From assembly GCA_965645245.1 (NCBI GenBank), contig OZ287076.1, positions 1,116,001 to 1,180,000 of the forward strand: a stretch of DNA of 64,000 bases, given 5' to 3'. The notes beneath the pieces were generated by a model. It did not search any database, was not told the DNA's origin, and saw nothing but the letters and a program-made list of their open reading frames with translations. The position numbers and the translations under genes were made by a program. The DNA is from Massalongia carnosa (Eukaryota). This document shows, one piece after another, positions 10,929-23,621 of this stretch. Every line of letters starts with the position of its first letter. The first letter of the stretch is position 1.

Positions 10929-12775
10929 ATGAGTGTTAAACAACGCCAGAAATCTGCAATAATTGTGGGTATGCTTCATTTATCTTTGTTGCCGTCCGAG
11001 TGGATTTGACTGATAATGCATTTGCCCAGGGGCTGGTGTCGGCGGAGTGGCTGCAGCTGCTAGACTTGCAAAGGCCGATTTTAAGGTTACGGTGTTTGAG
11101 AAGAATGATTTCACTGGCGGCAGATGCTCCTTGATAAATCATGAGGGCTACGTGAGTGATCTGGCCCATCAAGAAAAACCCAATGCTAATAGATATCCAG
11201 CGTTTCGATCAAGGCCCCTCCCTCCTTCTCCTCCCTCATATGTTCCGTGAAGCCTTTTATGATCTAGACACGTCCCTTGAGGCCGAGGGCGTGGAGCTCA
11301 TGAAATGTGAACCCAATTACAACCTCTGGTTCAGTGATGGCGAGTCTTTTGAGCTTTCCACAGACATGGCGCGTATGAAAGTTGAGGTTGAGAGATGGGA
11401 AGGCAAAGATGGATTTGAACGTTACTTGAGCTTTCTTCAAGAAGCCCATCGTCATTACGAGCTCAGCGTCATGCATGTCCTTCAAAAGAATTTTACTTCC
11501 TTTCTCTCCATGGCACGACCTTCCTTCCTTCGGCATCTACTGACTCTCCACCCCTTCGAAAGCATCTACTCTCGAGCTTCGAGGTATTTCTGGACCGAGC
11601 GTCTTCGCCGCGTGTTTACGTTTGGGAGCATGTACATGGGAATGTCTCCGTTTGACGCCCCAGGTACGTATTCTTTGCTCCAATATACGGAGCTCGCGGA
11701 AGGGATCTGGTACCCCAAGGGTGGATTTCACAGCGTCATTGGTGCACTTGCCCGGGTCGGGGAGCGGTTAGGGGTGAAATACCGACTTTCAACGCCAGTT
11801 TCAAAAATCCTATTAGACTCAAGACAGCGTCGCGCAACAGGTGTGACCCTCGAAAACGGCGAGACGATCATGGCCGACATTGTCCTCGTAAACGCTGATT
11901 TGGTCTACGCATACAACAATCTTCTCCCCTCGTCCTCTACCGCAGAGTCCCTTCAAACCCGTTCCGCAAGCTGCAGCTCCATCTCCTTTTACTGGGCCAT
12001 GAATCGCACCATCCCGGAGCTAACGACCCACAACATATTTCTTGCGGACGACTATCGCGACTCTTTCGACAATATCTTCAAGAAACACTTGATCCCTACC
12101 CAACCCTCCTTCTATGTCAACGTCCCTTCGCGCATCGATCCCACCGCTGCCCCGGAAGGAAAAGATGCCATCGTCGTCCTTGTTCCTGTCGGCCATCTCC
12201 TAAACGAAACCACAAGAACCGGAATTGAAGCACTTAGCACGCAAGACTGGACGGCCATGGTCTCCAAAGCCCGCCACACCGTTTTTTCCACCATCGAAGC
12301 CCGCACCGGCGCGCGCGGCCTGCAGGAAGCCCTAGTGAAGGAACTCGTCAATACCCCCGTAAGCTGGAAGGAACGCTTCAACCTTGACAAAGGTGCCATC
12401 CTTGGCCTGAGCCATAGTTTCTTTAACGTGCTTTCGTTCCGGCCGTCAACCAGGCATGCCAATATACAGGGCTTGTATTTTGTAGGCGCGTCGACGCATC
12501 CAGGGACTGGGGTGCCGATTTGTCTTGCTGGGGCTAAGCTCACGGCCGAACAGATATTGGAGGGGGAGGGGGTGCCAAAGCCTTGGGGGAGGAAAAGTAA
12601 GGGTGGGGGTGGAGAAATGGGAAAAGGGGGGAGGAGGGAAGCGCGGGAGATCGATCGGATGCAGGCGCTACCGCTAATTTCCCTTGTTCACATCGCTCTT
12701 CTGTTTTTGGTTTTGCTCCTAGCAGGTGCAATAGGATACGGATCCGGGTTTAAGGCATGGGGGGTTTTGCGGTGA
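10929..12775 (+). CDS. carB: Phytoene desaturase (CrtI-type, CarB / Al-1)
   Basis: MSVKQRQKSAIIVG|AGVGG dinucleotide-binding motif, then EKNDFTGGRCS, RFDQGPSLLL, GSMYMGMSPFDAPGTYSLLQYTE and YFVGASTHPGTGVP, with a hydrophobic C-terminal tail. Two 5' introns. Confidence 0.95.
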
Positions 12776-15113
12776 GGGTTGGATTTGTTTTGATGGCTGT
12801 GAAGGGTAGATATGGTGTACTATAATAAGATGTTCATACCAAACCGAGGCTTTTGTTTTTTTGTTTGATGTTCGAAGTTTATCCTCATTCACCTTTCTCT
12901 ATCTCAACCAACATCTATAATCTCCTCTCCCACCACGCCACTCCACTGCTCTCATCCATTCATCTACTCATCTACGCACCTACAACCCAAACCTTTCATT
13001 CCTTTGATTCCTTCCTCTCCATCCCTTTCTTCTCTCTAGCGAAAGAAAAAGAAAAATAAGGAACAAGAATACCTCCTACTCTTCATCATCAGGTCAATAT
13101 TTCAATCCCTCCGCTATTGAAACGAAGTTGGTACTTGGGCAGAAGTGATGATGTGAAGCGCGAGCAAAGGCCAGCCAACCGCCAGTATTCTTCCGAAGCC
13201 ATTCTCCGTAGGATTCGTAGCTTCTGTTAAGATACCCTGCAAGTGCTCTATAGCCTCTCGAACCCTAACCCCGTGCAATGAAAGCGGGTATACCCGATAT
13301 GACGGACCCTTTCTTGGCAGATCGTCCACTTGCAAAGCGTCACGTTGCCTAGCGCGATGTACAAGGCAGGCAGCTCTCTAGCTCATCTCCCGAAGCGTGC
13401 TCCTCTACGAAGTACAGAGTAACTATAGCTCCAAGAAGCTCCCTTCCAATAATCTCTGCCAAGTTTTTCCACTCTGTCTTTCTGCCCGGCAACAATAACG
13501 GAATAGGCATCGCTGCTTGAATTGGACTTGTTAAAGCTCAAATAGGCAGGCGGGACAATAGTGACTGACGATGGGAACGGTTTAGGTTGGCAAACCAGGT
13601 TTTGGTTTGTTGTGGCTTTTCTAAGGGGCTTCCAGTTCCCTTGCTCTACCTGAAACTTTCTGGTGAGTCCGAGAAGGGGCAGAAATTAATGGCGGGGAGT
13701 AGGTGATGAAAGCGATGCCGCTACGGAGTACATCATGCAATACGCGCTGTGCTCTCAGCAAGGAGCGAGGTGCGTGCTGCACACTGCGAACCAATCCTTC
13801 TCGAAGTAGTCCGTACTCTATACTTACGTACTCTGGTTGGATTGCCTGGAAGATCAGATGTTCGATCATCAGATGTCTCATGACCAGCACCGAGTACCCC
13901 CTACTTTGAACTAAGCTTTCACCATCACAGCACGAGAAGCGGAGTTCGGGCTTTCGGTTGAAAGAAGATGTGGTGACTCCGGTATTCTGATGGAACAATC
14001 CAGAAATGTCAACTCGATTGATTTCGATTGATTTCGTTTCCACCCCTTTCTTTTACGTCGCAGCAATTGCCACGATGACCAACCGACGGGATAAGAACAA
14101 AATGTTACGATGAAAAGTTAATGATGTAATGAACGGTGACGTCGATTCTGTACGAGGTGAGACAGCCAAGTGGGAATCCGAAAATCCCATCCTTTCTCTC
14201 CCTTGGCTCCTTCTGCCGGGGATGACACGATTGCAGGAATGAAGAAGGTGCACGACAAAGCAGCGTCCGATCGTGAAAAGCAGTCCGACCGGGATGTCAA
14301 GCGAATCAGAGGTTCAGTCAAGCTTCCTTTGATGGAACTTAAAAAGCTGGCCGACATGGTGCTAGAGTGGTTAGTCATGAAGCTAACGAAACTAGTGGTT
14401 CGGTTGCATGCAGAGACAAGGGGGGTGGGGAGAGCTCTGTTGGTTGTGCGCGTGCACTGCATGTTATGGTTTAATGCGCTATGTGATGCTGTAATGCGTT
14501 GACTTTTTCCAAAAATCGCATGATACTGATTGCCGTTGGTCGTAGAGTCGAAACCGAACCATGAAGGGATATATCTACGTGCCTATGTGCAGGATATCAT
14601 CTACACCTTTAGAGATGGGGAAAGCCGTCAAGAACGGCGGAATGGAAAGGAAGGGCCCATGACATCATTGTCAACATTCCTTGAGAGCGGGGAAGCATCC
14701 GTCGGGAAATTACACGGTTAGGAAGATGGCTTCACTTGCTTCACTATTGGGATACGCTGTTGGAGGGAAAAGAGGCGGACAGATAGGAAAGGACCTGAGG
14801 GGGTGGCGAAAGCTCTTGATATTGATTGGATTGGAAAGAAAGGGAAGGAAAGGATGGTTTAATTACGTTAGTGATGCAGCAAGTCATATGTCATGATCTC
14901 TGTTTTCCCCCCCCAGCATCCGGAAAAAAAAACCTTACTAGCGGTAGCAGTGTCATAGACAACCTTACCTATACAAACGAAACACAATTCACATCGCATC
15001 TTCCCTCCTGCACCCATTATCTACTTTTGTAGCACGCCCATATCTTCAATAACATTCTCTGTGAAACACAATATCTAAATCCTTCAGTTAGTTGACATTG
15101 GAATATCTTCAAG

Positions 15114-16278
15114 ATGGGTAACGGAGCCATCGTAGCCAACGGGCATCCCACCCCTCATGCCGTCAACGGCGGTGTTTCTGACATTGCCATCACCACCCAT
15201 GGCTCCAATTGGTATTTTGTAAGAAGCTTCCACTCTTGCTCTTCTCTGTCAGACTGACTGACATGTTCGATCTAGGCCGTCACCGCTGTCATGTTCGTGG
15301 CTACGCTCGTGTTCATGGGGATGTCGTTCACCAAGCCTCGCTCGCATCGTATCTTTCACTACATTACCGCTGCCATCACCTTGGTTGCCTCGATCGCATA
15401 CTTCACCATGGGCTCTGACTTAGGCCAGACACCAATAGGTGTTCAATACCAGCGCCATAATCCAAAGGTTCATGGTATTAACCGAGAGATCTTTTATGTT
15501 CGATATGTTGATTGGTAGGTGATCTTTTGGGAATTATATTCTAAATCTCGTCTGACTGGCATAGGGCAATCACCACTCCATTGCTCTTGATGGATCTGCT
15601 TCTGACTGCTGGTCTTCCATGGCCAACTATCCTCTACACTATCTTGATCGATGAAGTTATGATCATTACAGGTCTCATTGGTGCATTAGTACAGTCTTCT
15701 TATAAGGTACTTCCCACATACCTATCCTGGCTCCTTGGTAATGACGCTAACATCAACTCCAGTGGGGCTATTTCACCTTTGGCTGTATCGCATTCCTATG
15801 GGTTGCATGGACCGTCACCTGGACTGCCCGCAAACACGCCGCAGCTCTGGGTCCTGATATCTCGAGGGCCTACGTTACTGTAGGAGTCTGGACTATCTTC
15901 CTTTGGTTCCTCTACCCGATCGCATGGGGACTTTCAGAAGGTGGAAACGTCATTGCACCTGACTCCGAGGCTGTCTTTTATGGTATTTTGGACATCATGG
16001 CTAAGCCTGTCTTTGGTTGCCTCCTACTGTGGGGTCATCGGAACATCGATCCGGCTCGACTCGGTCGTAGGTTCCCTTCGCTGCTTTTCTGTTGATATCA
16101 GCTAATGTTTCATGTAGTTCATATCCGTGATTACGACGATGACCTAGCTCGTGTCGGACACGGTCCCACTGGGCCTCGCGGCGAGAAATCCTACAATGGC
16201 GCTGGAGGTGTCACCGAGGGAACCACAACCACCACCCACGGCACTACCCCAGAGGCCGCTCCTACGCTGGCTGTCTAG
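15114..16278 (+). CDS. carO: Fungal microbial rhodopsin (CarO-like, predicted light-driven proton pump)
   Basis: Five exons. Helix C reads RYVDW|AITTPLLLMDL (equivalents of bacteriorhodopsin R82/D85/T89/D96). Helix F reads LWFLYPIAWGLSEGGN. Helix G reads YGILDIMAKPVFG with the retinal-binding Lys. Stop TAG at 16276-16278. Confidence 0.93.
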
Positions 16279-18649
16279 ATGCGAAGTGCAAGTCACGTTG
16301 GATTGGGTTTTGATGTAGAATCTGGTCCGTTGGATGATGTACTCGAATAGAAATATGCTACTCCAATACCAATTTGTTGTTTTTCTAGCGAAGCGGCTTG
16401 ATTGAGATATTGAACGAGGGTATGGTATCTAATCTTAATACTGGCGATGGATGGGAAAAAAGATTTTCACAGCCCTTTTTTCATCTTTTGGTCAAAGGAT
16501 CGTTGATCACACAGCTGGTGTAAAGTTGGTAATGCCTTAAATCCATTGTATCGTTCAGTCTTTGTTTATTTACCCTCGCCCGCCTGCTCATGCCTTCCCT
16601 GACTTTTGCACTCTTTGGACTTTTATTCTTCTTGCATGTAGCCCAACACTTAGAGATCTTTAATATGTATTCCCGGTCTTTGAATACTAAGCGAATTGTC
16701 CAATTCCATTGAGATATGATCATGGGATTTCTAAGCTGGTCCCTCATTCTGCCATCGTTGGCGTAATTCACGTCACGCTAGAATAGGAGAATTATATAGG
16801 TATGTTTCATAGCCTCATGATCTTGTTTTCAGTTATCACTTTCCATGTTCCAGCTATGTTCGTCCTGGGAATTTATCATCTGTTCCATTCGGCAGAAAGG
16901 GAATCAATCTGCCAATCCATCAATTATGGCACATAGCTATGGGAATTCCAATACATATTCCTAGATCACACCCGTACTAATGATAAACGGTTGATTAGAT
17001 CGCCCATGGCCTACATACCTTGGCATTAAAAAGACATTGCGTTCAACACGTTCGAATGCTACAATACCGCTCGATTTCTACTTCGCAAAATAAAAGTTAT
17101 ATTCGGGCTTAATGTTTCTGGTGTCCCTGTCGCATTCGATGGCTCATTGCGTTTTTGCCAAAAGTACTCAATATATGGATGAAGCCACGGCCTAGGGCTT
17201 AAGGAAGATCGGGCGATGAAGCTACATTGTGAGATATTGTCCCGGTCCTATATCAATCATAAGCGGCATCCTGGTCTTAGACGACACGCCGGTTAAGCCC
17301 AAGTCGGGAGACCAGGCTACCGGAGAAAAACCAAAACACCCTCTTATTAGGAGGATGTCTTATTATTCCACTACCTCGTTTATTGGGGGCAGATTGGACG
17401 CGCTCGACAACGTCTACCGCAGTAATCATGCTCACTGAATGCAAGCTGTTCACGCCAGCGTACGAGTATAAGTTTCAATATGATTATATCCTTCGCCCTG
17501 GCTCTCTCGCCAATCATCGTATTCTAGCTCCGTTCAACCTTAAATCCATGTACAACCTTCCCTCCCATCCCCTAGACCTTCCTTCGATTCTGACACCTAT
17601 CACGCTCAATCCAATCAATCGTGCACCTTCCGTCCTTCCGTCCTTCCTCCATCGTCCCCAATCACTTAACACCCACAGCCATGCACAATCCCCGCTCTCT
17701 ATGAACTGTAGCATGGATCTCTCTCCACTCTACTCTATCTACTGGTATCATATCATATTGATTACTTTTACTCTCATCTATTTTAGAGGGGGGTTGGGGG
17801 TTACTTATTTGCCGTCCTCGAATCGGATCGGATCGGATCGAGTATTCCTTTACTTAGCTTGACTCAAAGGCTAGGTTAGGAAGTTAGCGATGCATGCATG
17901 GTATGATATGTATGACGGTGAGGTTCTTTAGCGTCCTAGTTCTCTCGTTATCATTGGTTATTGTCTTGTGTGCGACTCTTCCCTTTACCATCCCCCTTCC
18001 TTCCATCTTCTCTCCCTTTCATTATCCTTCATTTCTCTATTCTCCTAACGGCTCCCTTTCCTTCTTCCTTTCTCCGAGCACCCTCGGGTTCTATACTTTT
18101 ACATCCATTCGCAGTTCTCGATACTTTACGACTTCCAGCTTCAAGTAAACCTAAACCTAAGCCTCTTCTCCAACTCGGGTTCTTTTTTAAAATGGAATGG
18201 AGAAGAAGGGCTTTGAAAGAATAACCTTTTAAACAGACTTGCTCCACACTATGATATTTCAGTTGATACCTCACCAGGAAACAGAAAGGTCAGGGGGGGG
18301 GGGGGAAGCTTGATCTACGCGAAGCTGTTGTGGCGCCTGCCCTTTAGCTCTCAAGCTCATCTAGGCGTGTACTGATCCAGTATTTCCAAGCATTTCGGCG
18401 ACTGTAGAGGGAAAGTCGAATAGAGATTTTCTTCGATACGCTGGACAGGGGAATGTGAGGGAGTGATATCCGACATTTAGAAACCCGGCTAAACTAAATC
18501 TAACTAGCTAGTTGGAGTCATAAAACCTTATTTCAACCCTGATAAGATCACTTCAACTAACCCTAACCGTACATGAACTTCAAACTCTTCTTTTAATGAC
18601 TCTTAAAATCCCATCTGCTTAAAGGAAGCACGTACTGCTACTGCAAAAA

Positions 18650-20230
18650 GATGGACGACAAAACCCCCTCCTTTACCGGCTATGGAATGTCTCTCAATGA
18701 AAGCTGCATTGCCCGTACAGAGTTGATTCATGATGATGAAGTCTCAGAAATGCAAAGGCTCCGCAGCTGCAAACTTCAACGAGTGACAAGAGAAATGCAA
18801 AGCCGACAAGCTCAGTAGCAGTATCCCCCAAGACAAGAACACTCCAATAGCCAACTACCCTCCAGAACCCAAACCAGAGATATCGCTGAAGGAGATTCAC
18901 ACGAGCACTCTGGGGACATTGCTTGACAGGACTTGTCCATCCAGCATAGGTTGGGACCCTTAGATCTGCAAGTGCTTCCACGATTTCCTGATCATAGTTC
19001 TCGTACTCGTGATAAGAAAGTAAGTGCTTAACTAGAAGCGCTATGGGTATGCCCTCGTAGGTTGAAGAAGTTGAAGGATCACATTTTCATTGCTTGTTCT
19101 TTCAGTCGTCAATCGGAACTGGTGCAAACAGAAGCAAATACCCATTCCATGAGTTTCCTTGTTTCCTTTTCAACCAGATGGCGGTAAGAACGATACAACC
19201 TTAAAGACAAATTTCAGCAAAAAGCCCATTTCTATCTGCTTAACAGGTTCCACTCCTACATAGCTTTTGAGGAAGTGTTCCTGCATTTCCAATAGTAATT
19301 AGCTAAACCGCGGGAATCTCTTTCGTTATGTTCTGCAAACGATACAATCCGCGGAATCCATTCTTGTTCCTTCTTTACTTATCTTGATAGATTAGCACAT
19401 AAAGCTGCACTATAGCAGCGATGTTAACAATGGGCATGCCTAGACCTATCGTTTTCATATTGAAATCTGAAGAATTTATTGATGTGCTTCTGATTGTATG
19501 TCTGAATGCACCCATCTCTATTGATGAATTAGAGCGAACCCTTGGGCTACAGTTAACTCTTTACGTTTTCCATGCTCGTCCACGCCGAGTATAGTTATAT
19601 CATCCAAGCGTTTCATGTCATTGGTAGAATATTTGTTACGGTTATAAGCTGCAAGCGCCTCCAGGCGCATATTTGTCAAGAAAAGGGGTATTTCTAGCGC
19701 TAAGGTGTAAATATTAGTCCTACGGGTTATAGCTTGCCATGTTTAGGATAGGAAACTTCTTGAAGTGGAAGATAAGACAAGTTAAAGATACCTTCTTTGA
19801 TATCAAAAAAAAAAACTTGATTGCAGGCGTTCAAGGTGTTGGGGTGGATCATTCTCTAGCTTTCCTGGTGCAGTATCCCAACAGTCGTCAGGGTTACACT
19901 CGTACATTAGCACAGGTCTTAGATAAAAGTACCGGCATCATCACCACTTACACCAACACGAAGCAAGGACCCCCCCATCTTATATGCCATAAAAAGTAGT
20001 CCCTTGAACCATTCCTAATCCCTGCTAGCTAGCGAGTGTGGCGATGGAAATCCACATACCTGCTCTCATCTCTGTGATTAGAATATAGCTTGCATACGTG
20101 TCTGCTAACCTCAAGAATTGGACCTGGAATCTAGCGAAGGGCCTTCATATTTGCTAGGAAGCAAAGACAAACTTAAGGATCATAGCATCTAGTGTCCCCC
20201 ACACAAAATAGATGTAAGCGCCATTAGCAT
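18650..20230 (-). pseudogene. Heavily decayed cytochrome P450-like relic (tentative)
   Basis: Fragments occur in P450 order on the minus strand: hydrophobic start, FARF/GP (~20120-20140), LRVG followed by a GTAAGT donor (~19950), EHGKRK..QGFA (~19535-19580), GDTAT..GFAFLL (~18790-18830) and LRSLCISET (~18745-18770). Many stops and frameshifts; no heme motif seen. Confidence 0.3.
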
Positions 20231-21591
20231 TGACACGCTGACCTAAGATGTCACTGATCATCTGACGAAGATACATCGTAGACGAAGCTTTCTTCTTCTC
20301 CTTCTAAACTCGTAGTATTGGCAGAGCCTAAGGCGCTGAACATTAAGAGCCTCATAAATAGCAGAGAGTTACCCGACACAGGCAAACAGGATGATGTGGT
20401 ATCCCCGAGATTGATTCATGCAAAGAATAGGCATGGTGGTGCAAAGGTATGGTAGAGTAGAATCACCTGATGGCTTTCGGAAGTTTAAACGTATCAAGCC
20501 CATTTCAACGTCCATCATACTATTTCTTCCTTTTTGACTTGGTTCGTGACACGTAGGAATTAAACTGCCTCGAGCACCCCATATAACGAAATTGGTAATT
20601 TTAGTATCTTGTCATGCCCATTTTGCTTCTCTACAATTAGTAGATAAACGCGGTAAGAATCTGCTGACTTAACGACTGCGTGCAGCGATTATGTTTGAAA
20701 GGCAATCGCTAAGGTTAATCTTCTCCCATTCCCTACCTAATCTTAGCAGTAGTTATTCTAAGTATATCAAATCAGTTCTTTCTCTTGTATTCCTCATAGC
20801 TTATGTTCAGATAGCATACATCCAGAATGCTAATTTCTGAAGCCATTGAGTCCACGTGTCGTAATCTGAAGTCATGCCTAACAAGGGAGAGAACAAACGC
20901 AACAGCAGACGGCCAGCGACTATTGAAAGTCTCATTAATTGGACGTTCCCACATCTTCTAACTTTCATCCCAGCTTTACTAGTTTAGCATCGCACGCTTA
21001 GCTGCCAATATAGTTTTAGAAATGTGTCTGACTTGTCGCTTTCTCTGGATGAACTTTCAAGAATCTTCTAAGCCGCCTTCACAAACTTAATTTGCAGTGA
21101 GTTGAACGACTTCATCTATCAATATGGCATGAAAAAAACAAGATAATAGATGCATGTACATTCCGATCGTACATGTACACATCCCTAAGCATCTTCATCT
21201 CTTCATTTAGCTCTTTAAGCATTCGTTTGGTTAACGATTCCATTAGATGTTTAGCTAGGTCTTCATTTCACTCTGCTTGCAACTAAGAGAACGTTGGCAG
21301 CGCATATAAAACGACCTAATGAATGATGGAGCCCAATGAGAAACAACATGGCGTACGTGTATCTGTTAGTAAGAATAAAATAGCAACAGGTACCTAGACT
21401 TTTCTTGACACAGACAGCAACAATGCAAGGACCTTGGAACTAACTTAGATCTTTAGCTGACTCAACAAGCTGTCTTCTATGCTCAGTAACCCTGGAGATG
21501 CCGCTCGGAGCCCGCTTCAAGTTTTAAAATCATCTATTGAAACTTCCGCTTCAAGCTCGTCAGCCGAGGTGTCGTACGATTGTTGAATGAG

Positions 21592-22928
21592 TCAATGATT
21601 AGGCGTAAATAACTCCAAGTCTGAATGTTTCTCCTTCCGCGCCTTGGCATTAGCCGCAGCTGCAATTTCTTCACGCTGCTCTTTTGCCCACTCTCTGGTG
21701 TTTCTTAAAGCACTGGCTCCCTGCGGGAAGTTATCTAGTTTCCCAGTCATAGACCAGCCATCCAGCTCGGTCATGTGAAACTTGGAAACTCTATTTGGAT
21801 CGGTGGAAGGGGTGAGGTGAATATTATACAGTTGAAGGCTCCCTGTGCCACTATGATAGGTAGAAGTGATTGCATATGCTTTTGGTCGTGAGTAATTTGC
21901 GGATCAACATAGGATCGAAGTTTTCGTACCCCACGAGCGCCTAGAGCACCGTCGTAAAGGGCCTGTCGCTTGCACACAGCAGTATTTCCATTTGGACCTT
22001 TGGCTTCCATGAAGAACTTAGGCATGCACGGTGCGGCTGTGTTTGTTGACGGCACGATGAAAGGGCCGAGGCCCGCCCTGACTGTAGGGTTTAGTTCTGC
22101 CGGGAAGAGCCCATCATACCAGTCTGGTTTAGCATTGGTAATAGTGCCGTCGGTCAAGGCTTTCAGATTTCCGAATTGAAGGTCCGTTAAATGAGGGATG
22201 GTGGACGAGCCAGCCATGATTGAGAACACAGCGCTCATTACCATACTCTCAGTCAACGCTTGTTTGTTGGTCTGCCGAAAGCTGGTGAACGCAGCCTCAG
22301 AGAAGCGTGATGGCGAAAGAGATCGCCTTCGTTGTACAATTCTGTTGTTTATTCCTGCCCAGTTGCTTGGCATCTGATCATAATTATCCATGTATATGCC
22401 GTGATCGAAGAGATGTTGATCAAACCCGCCGTCATAAGCTGAGGATTTCTTGGTTTTGGAGGATACACTCGATTCTGTTCCCGTCTTGACACGTTTCCTT
22501 GAGCCTGATTGACTGTTGCTCATGATGGAGTTGGAAGTTGCTGCGGTCCCGGGGTCATGATACTATTAAATAGTTAGAAAGCTATTCGGAAAACGGTTCA
22601 ACATATAACTCACACCTCTGAGATCAGCGAGGCTCGGTCCACCGTGCCTTGCAAAGCGCTTGAGTTGTACAGGGTGAATTTCCCCCTTACTCGTCCGATC
22701 AGGCGGGCTTGGAACAGCAGGCCAACTGCTTCTTCGATCAAATTCTCGAAGAGTCCGAGGGGTGAGCCACTGCCGGGAGAGGTTATCCCAGAAGGAACTG
22801 GGCGTCCTGGGTCGTTGGTATTTCTCTAGCTTTCGTTGCTTAAGAGGTGGTGACGGTATCGTAAGCTCGGTTTCACAGGAGAGCCGCCGCTTCCGATTCC
22901 AGGGCTGCGAAGCATCTTCTGAATTCAT
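21592..22928 (-). pseudogene. Fungal PD-(D/E)XK-like (restriction-endonuclease-fold) protein, frameshifted
   Basis: Exon 1 ends FARHGGPSLADLRG, then an intron at ~22614-22564. Exon 2 has KPDWYDG...FFMEAKG...RQALYDGALGARG. One A is missing in a 4-A run near 21880; the shifted frame continues AYAITSTYHSGTGSLQLY...MTELDGWSMTG...ALRNTREWAKEQR. TGA at 21592 is followed in frame by DTSADEL. The nuclease fold is inferred from motifs only. Confidence 0.65.
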
Positions 22929-23621
22929 TGAACCTCATTCTTGATGAGACGAAGGTTTTATAGAATGATAGATCTAACGGAACCCAATGAGACGAAAACT
23001 TGAAGGTAGCGCGCGTCTTGAGATAGAAGCAGGGCTCTAATCTCTACTTGCTCTTAACATTCATTGCTGCAGCAAAAGTATAACGACATAAAATTAAAGT
23101 TCCCACAAGTGCGTTATAAAGTGCATCCCTCTTGCTAGCAGCGTAATCGTGCCAATTACTGCAGGTCTGGTTTACTTCTTGCGTCGGCACCATTACGTTT
23201 CTTGCGTTCTCGATATGAGCCGTTCGGCATTCACACATGAAAACCTTAGTAGGTGAACTTTGTTTCAATCCAGCTCACTCCTTCCTCACCGGACAAAATT
23301 TATTCTGCGAGGGCATCTACTGACGTTTCCCATTTTAGGATATACGTGTGGCCGGTAAATACCGGCTGCAAAGGAGGATTGGTGGTGGTAGCTTTGGCGC
23401 GGTATACATCGGTGGGTAAATAGATGTAGACTGTACTAGCTGCTTTTTGAGCCTAATGGCCTACAAGGAACCCACATCGACTCTGGCGGAGAAGTGGCCA
23501 TCAAACTCGAGCATGTGTCAAACGATCCCTCCTTTCTGGAACGTGAAGTCGACCTCTATCGATCCCTCTCTGGTGCAGCCGGTATCCCACGAGTTCACGC
23601 TTATGAGACTGAATGTGAATA

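Noticed and set aside
13261..13270. AACCCTAACC telomere-like 10-mer
   Set aside because: Short enough to occur by chance in 64 kb, with no supporting structure.
13114..13335. SLHGVRVREAIEHL resembling an Smr-domain DLHG motif
   Set aside because: It is a short match with no downstream GxGxHS motif and no coherent gene model, so chance is likely.
17200..17320. Possible structured ncRNA (CCTGGTCT...AGACCAGG stem and a neighbouring hairpin)
   Set aside because: No match to 5S rRNA, tRNA, snRNA, TPP riboswitch or hammerhead motifs that I can recognise; an 8-bp stem alone is insufficient.
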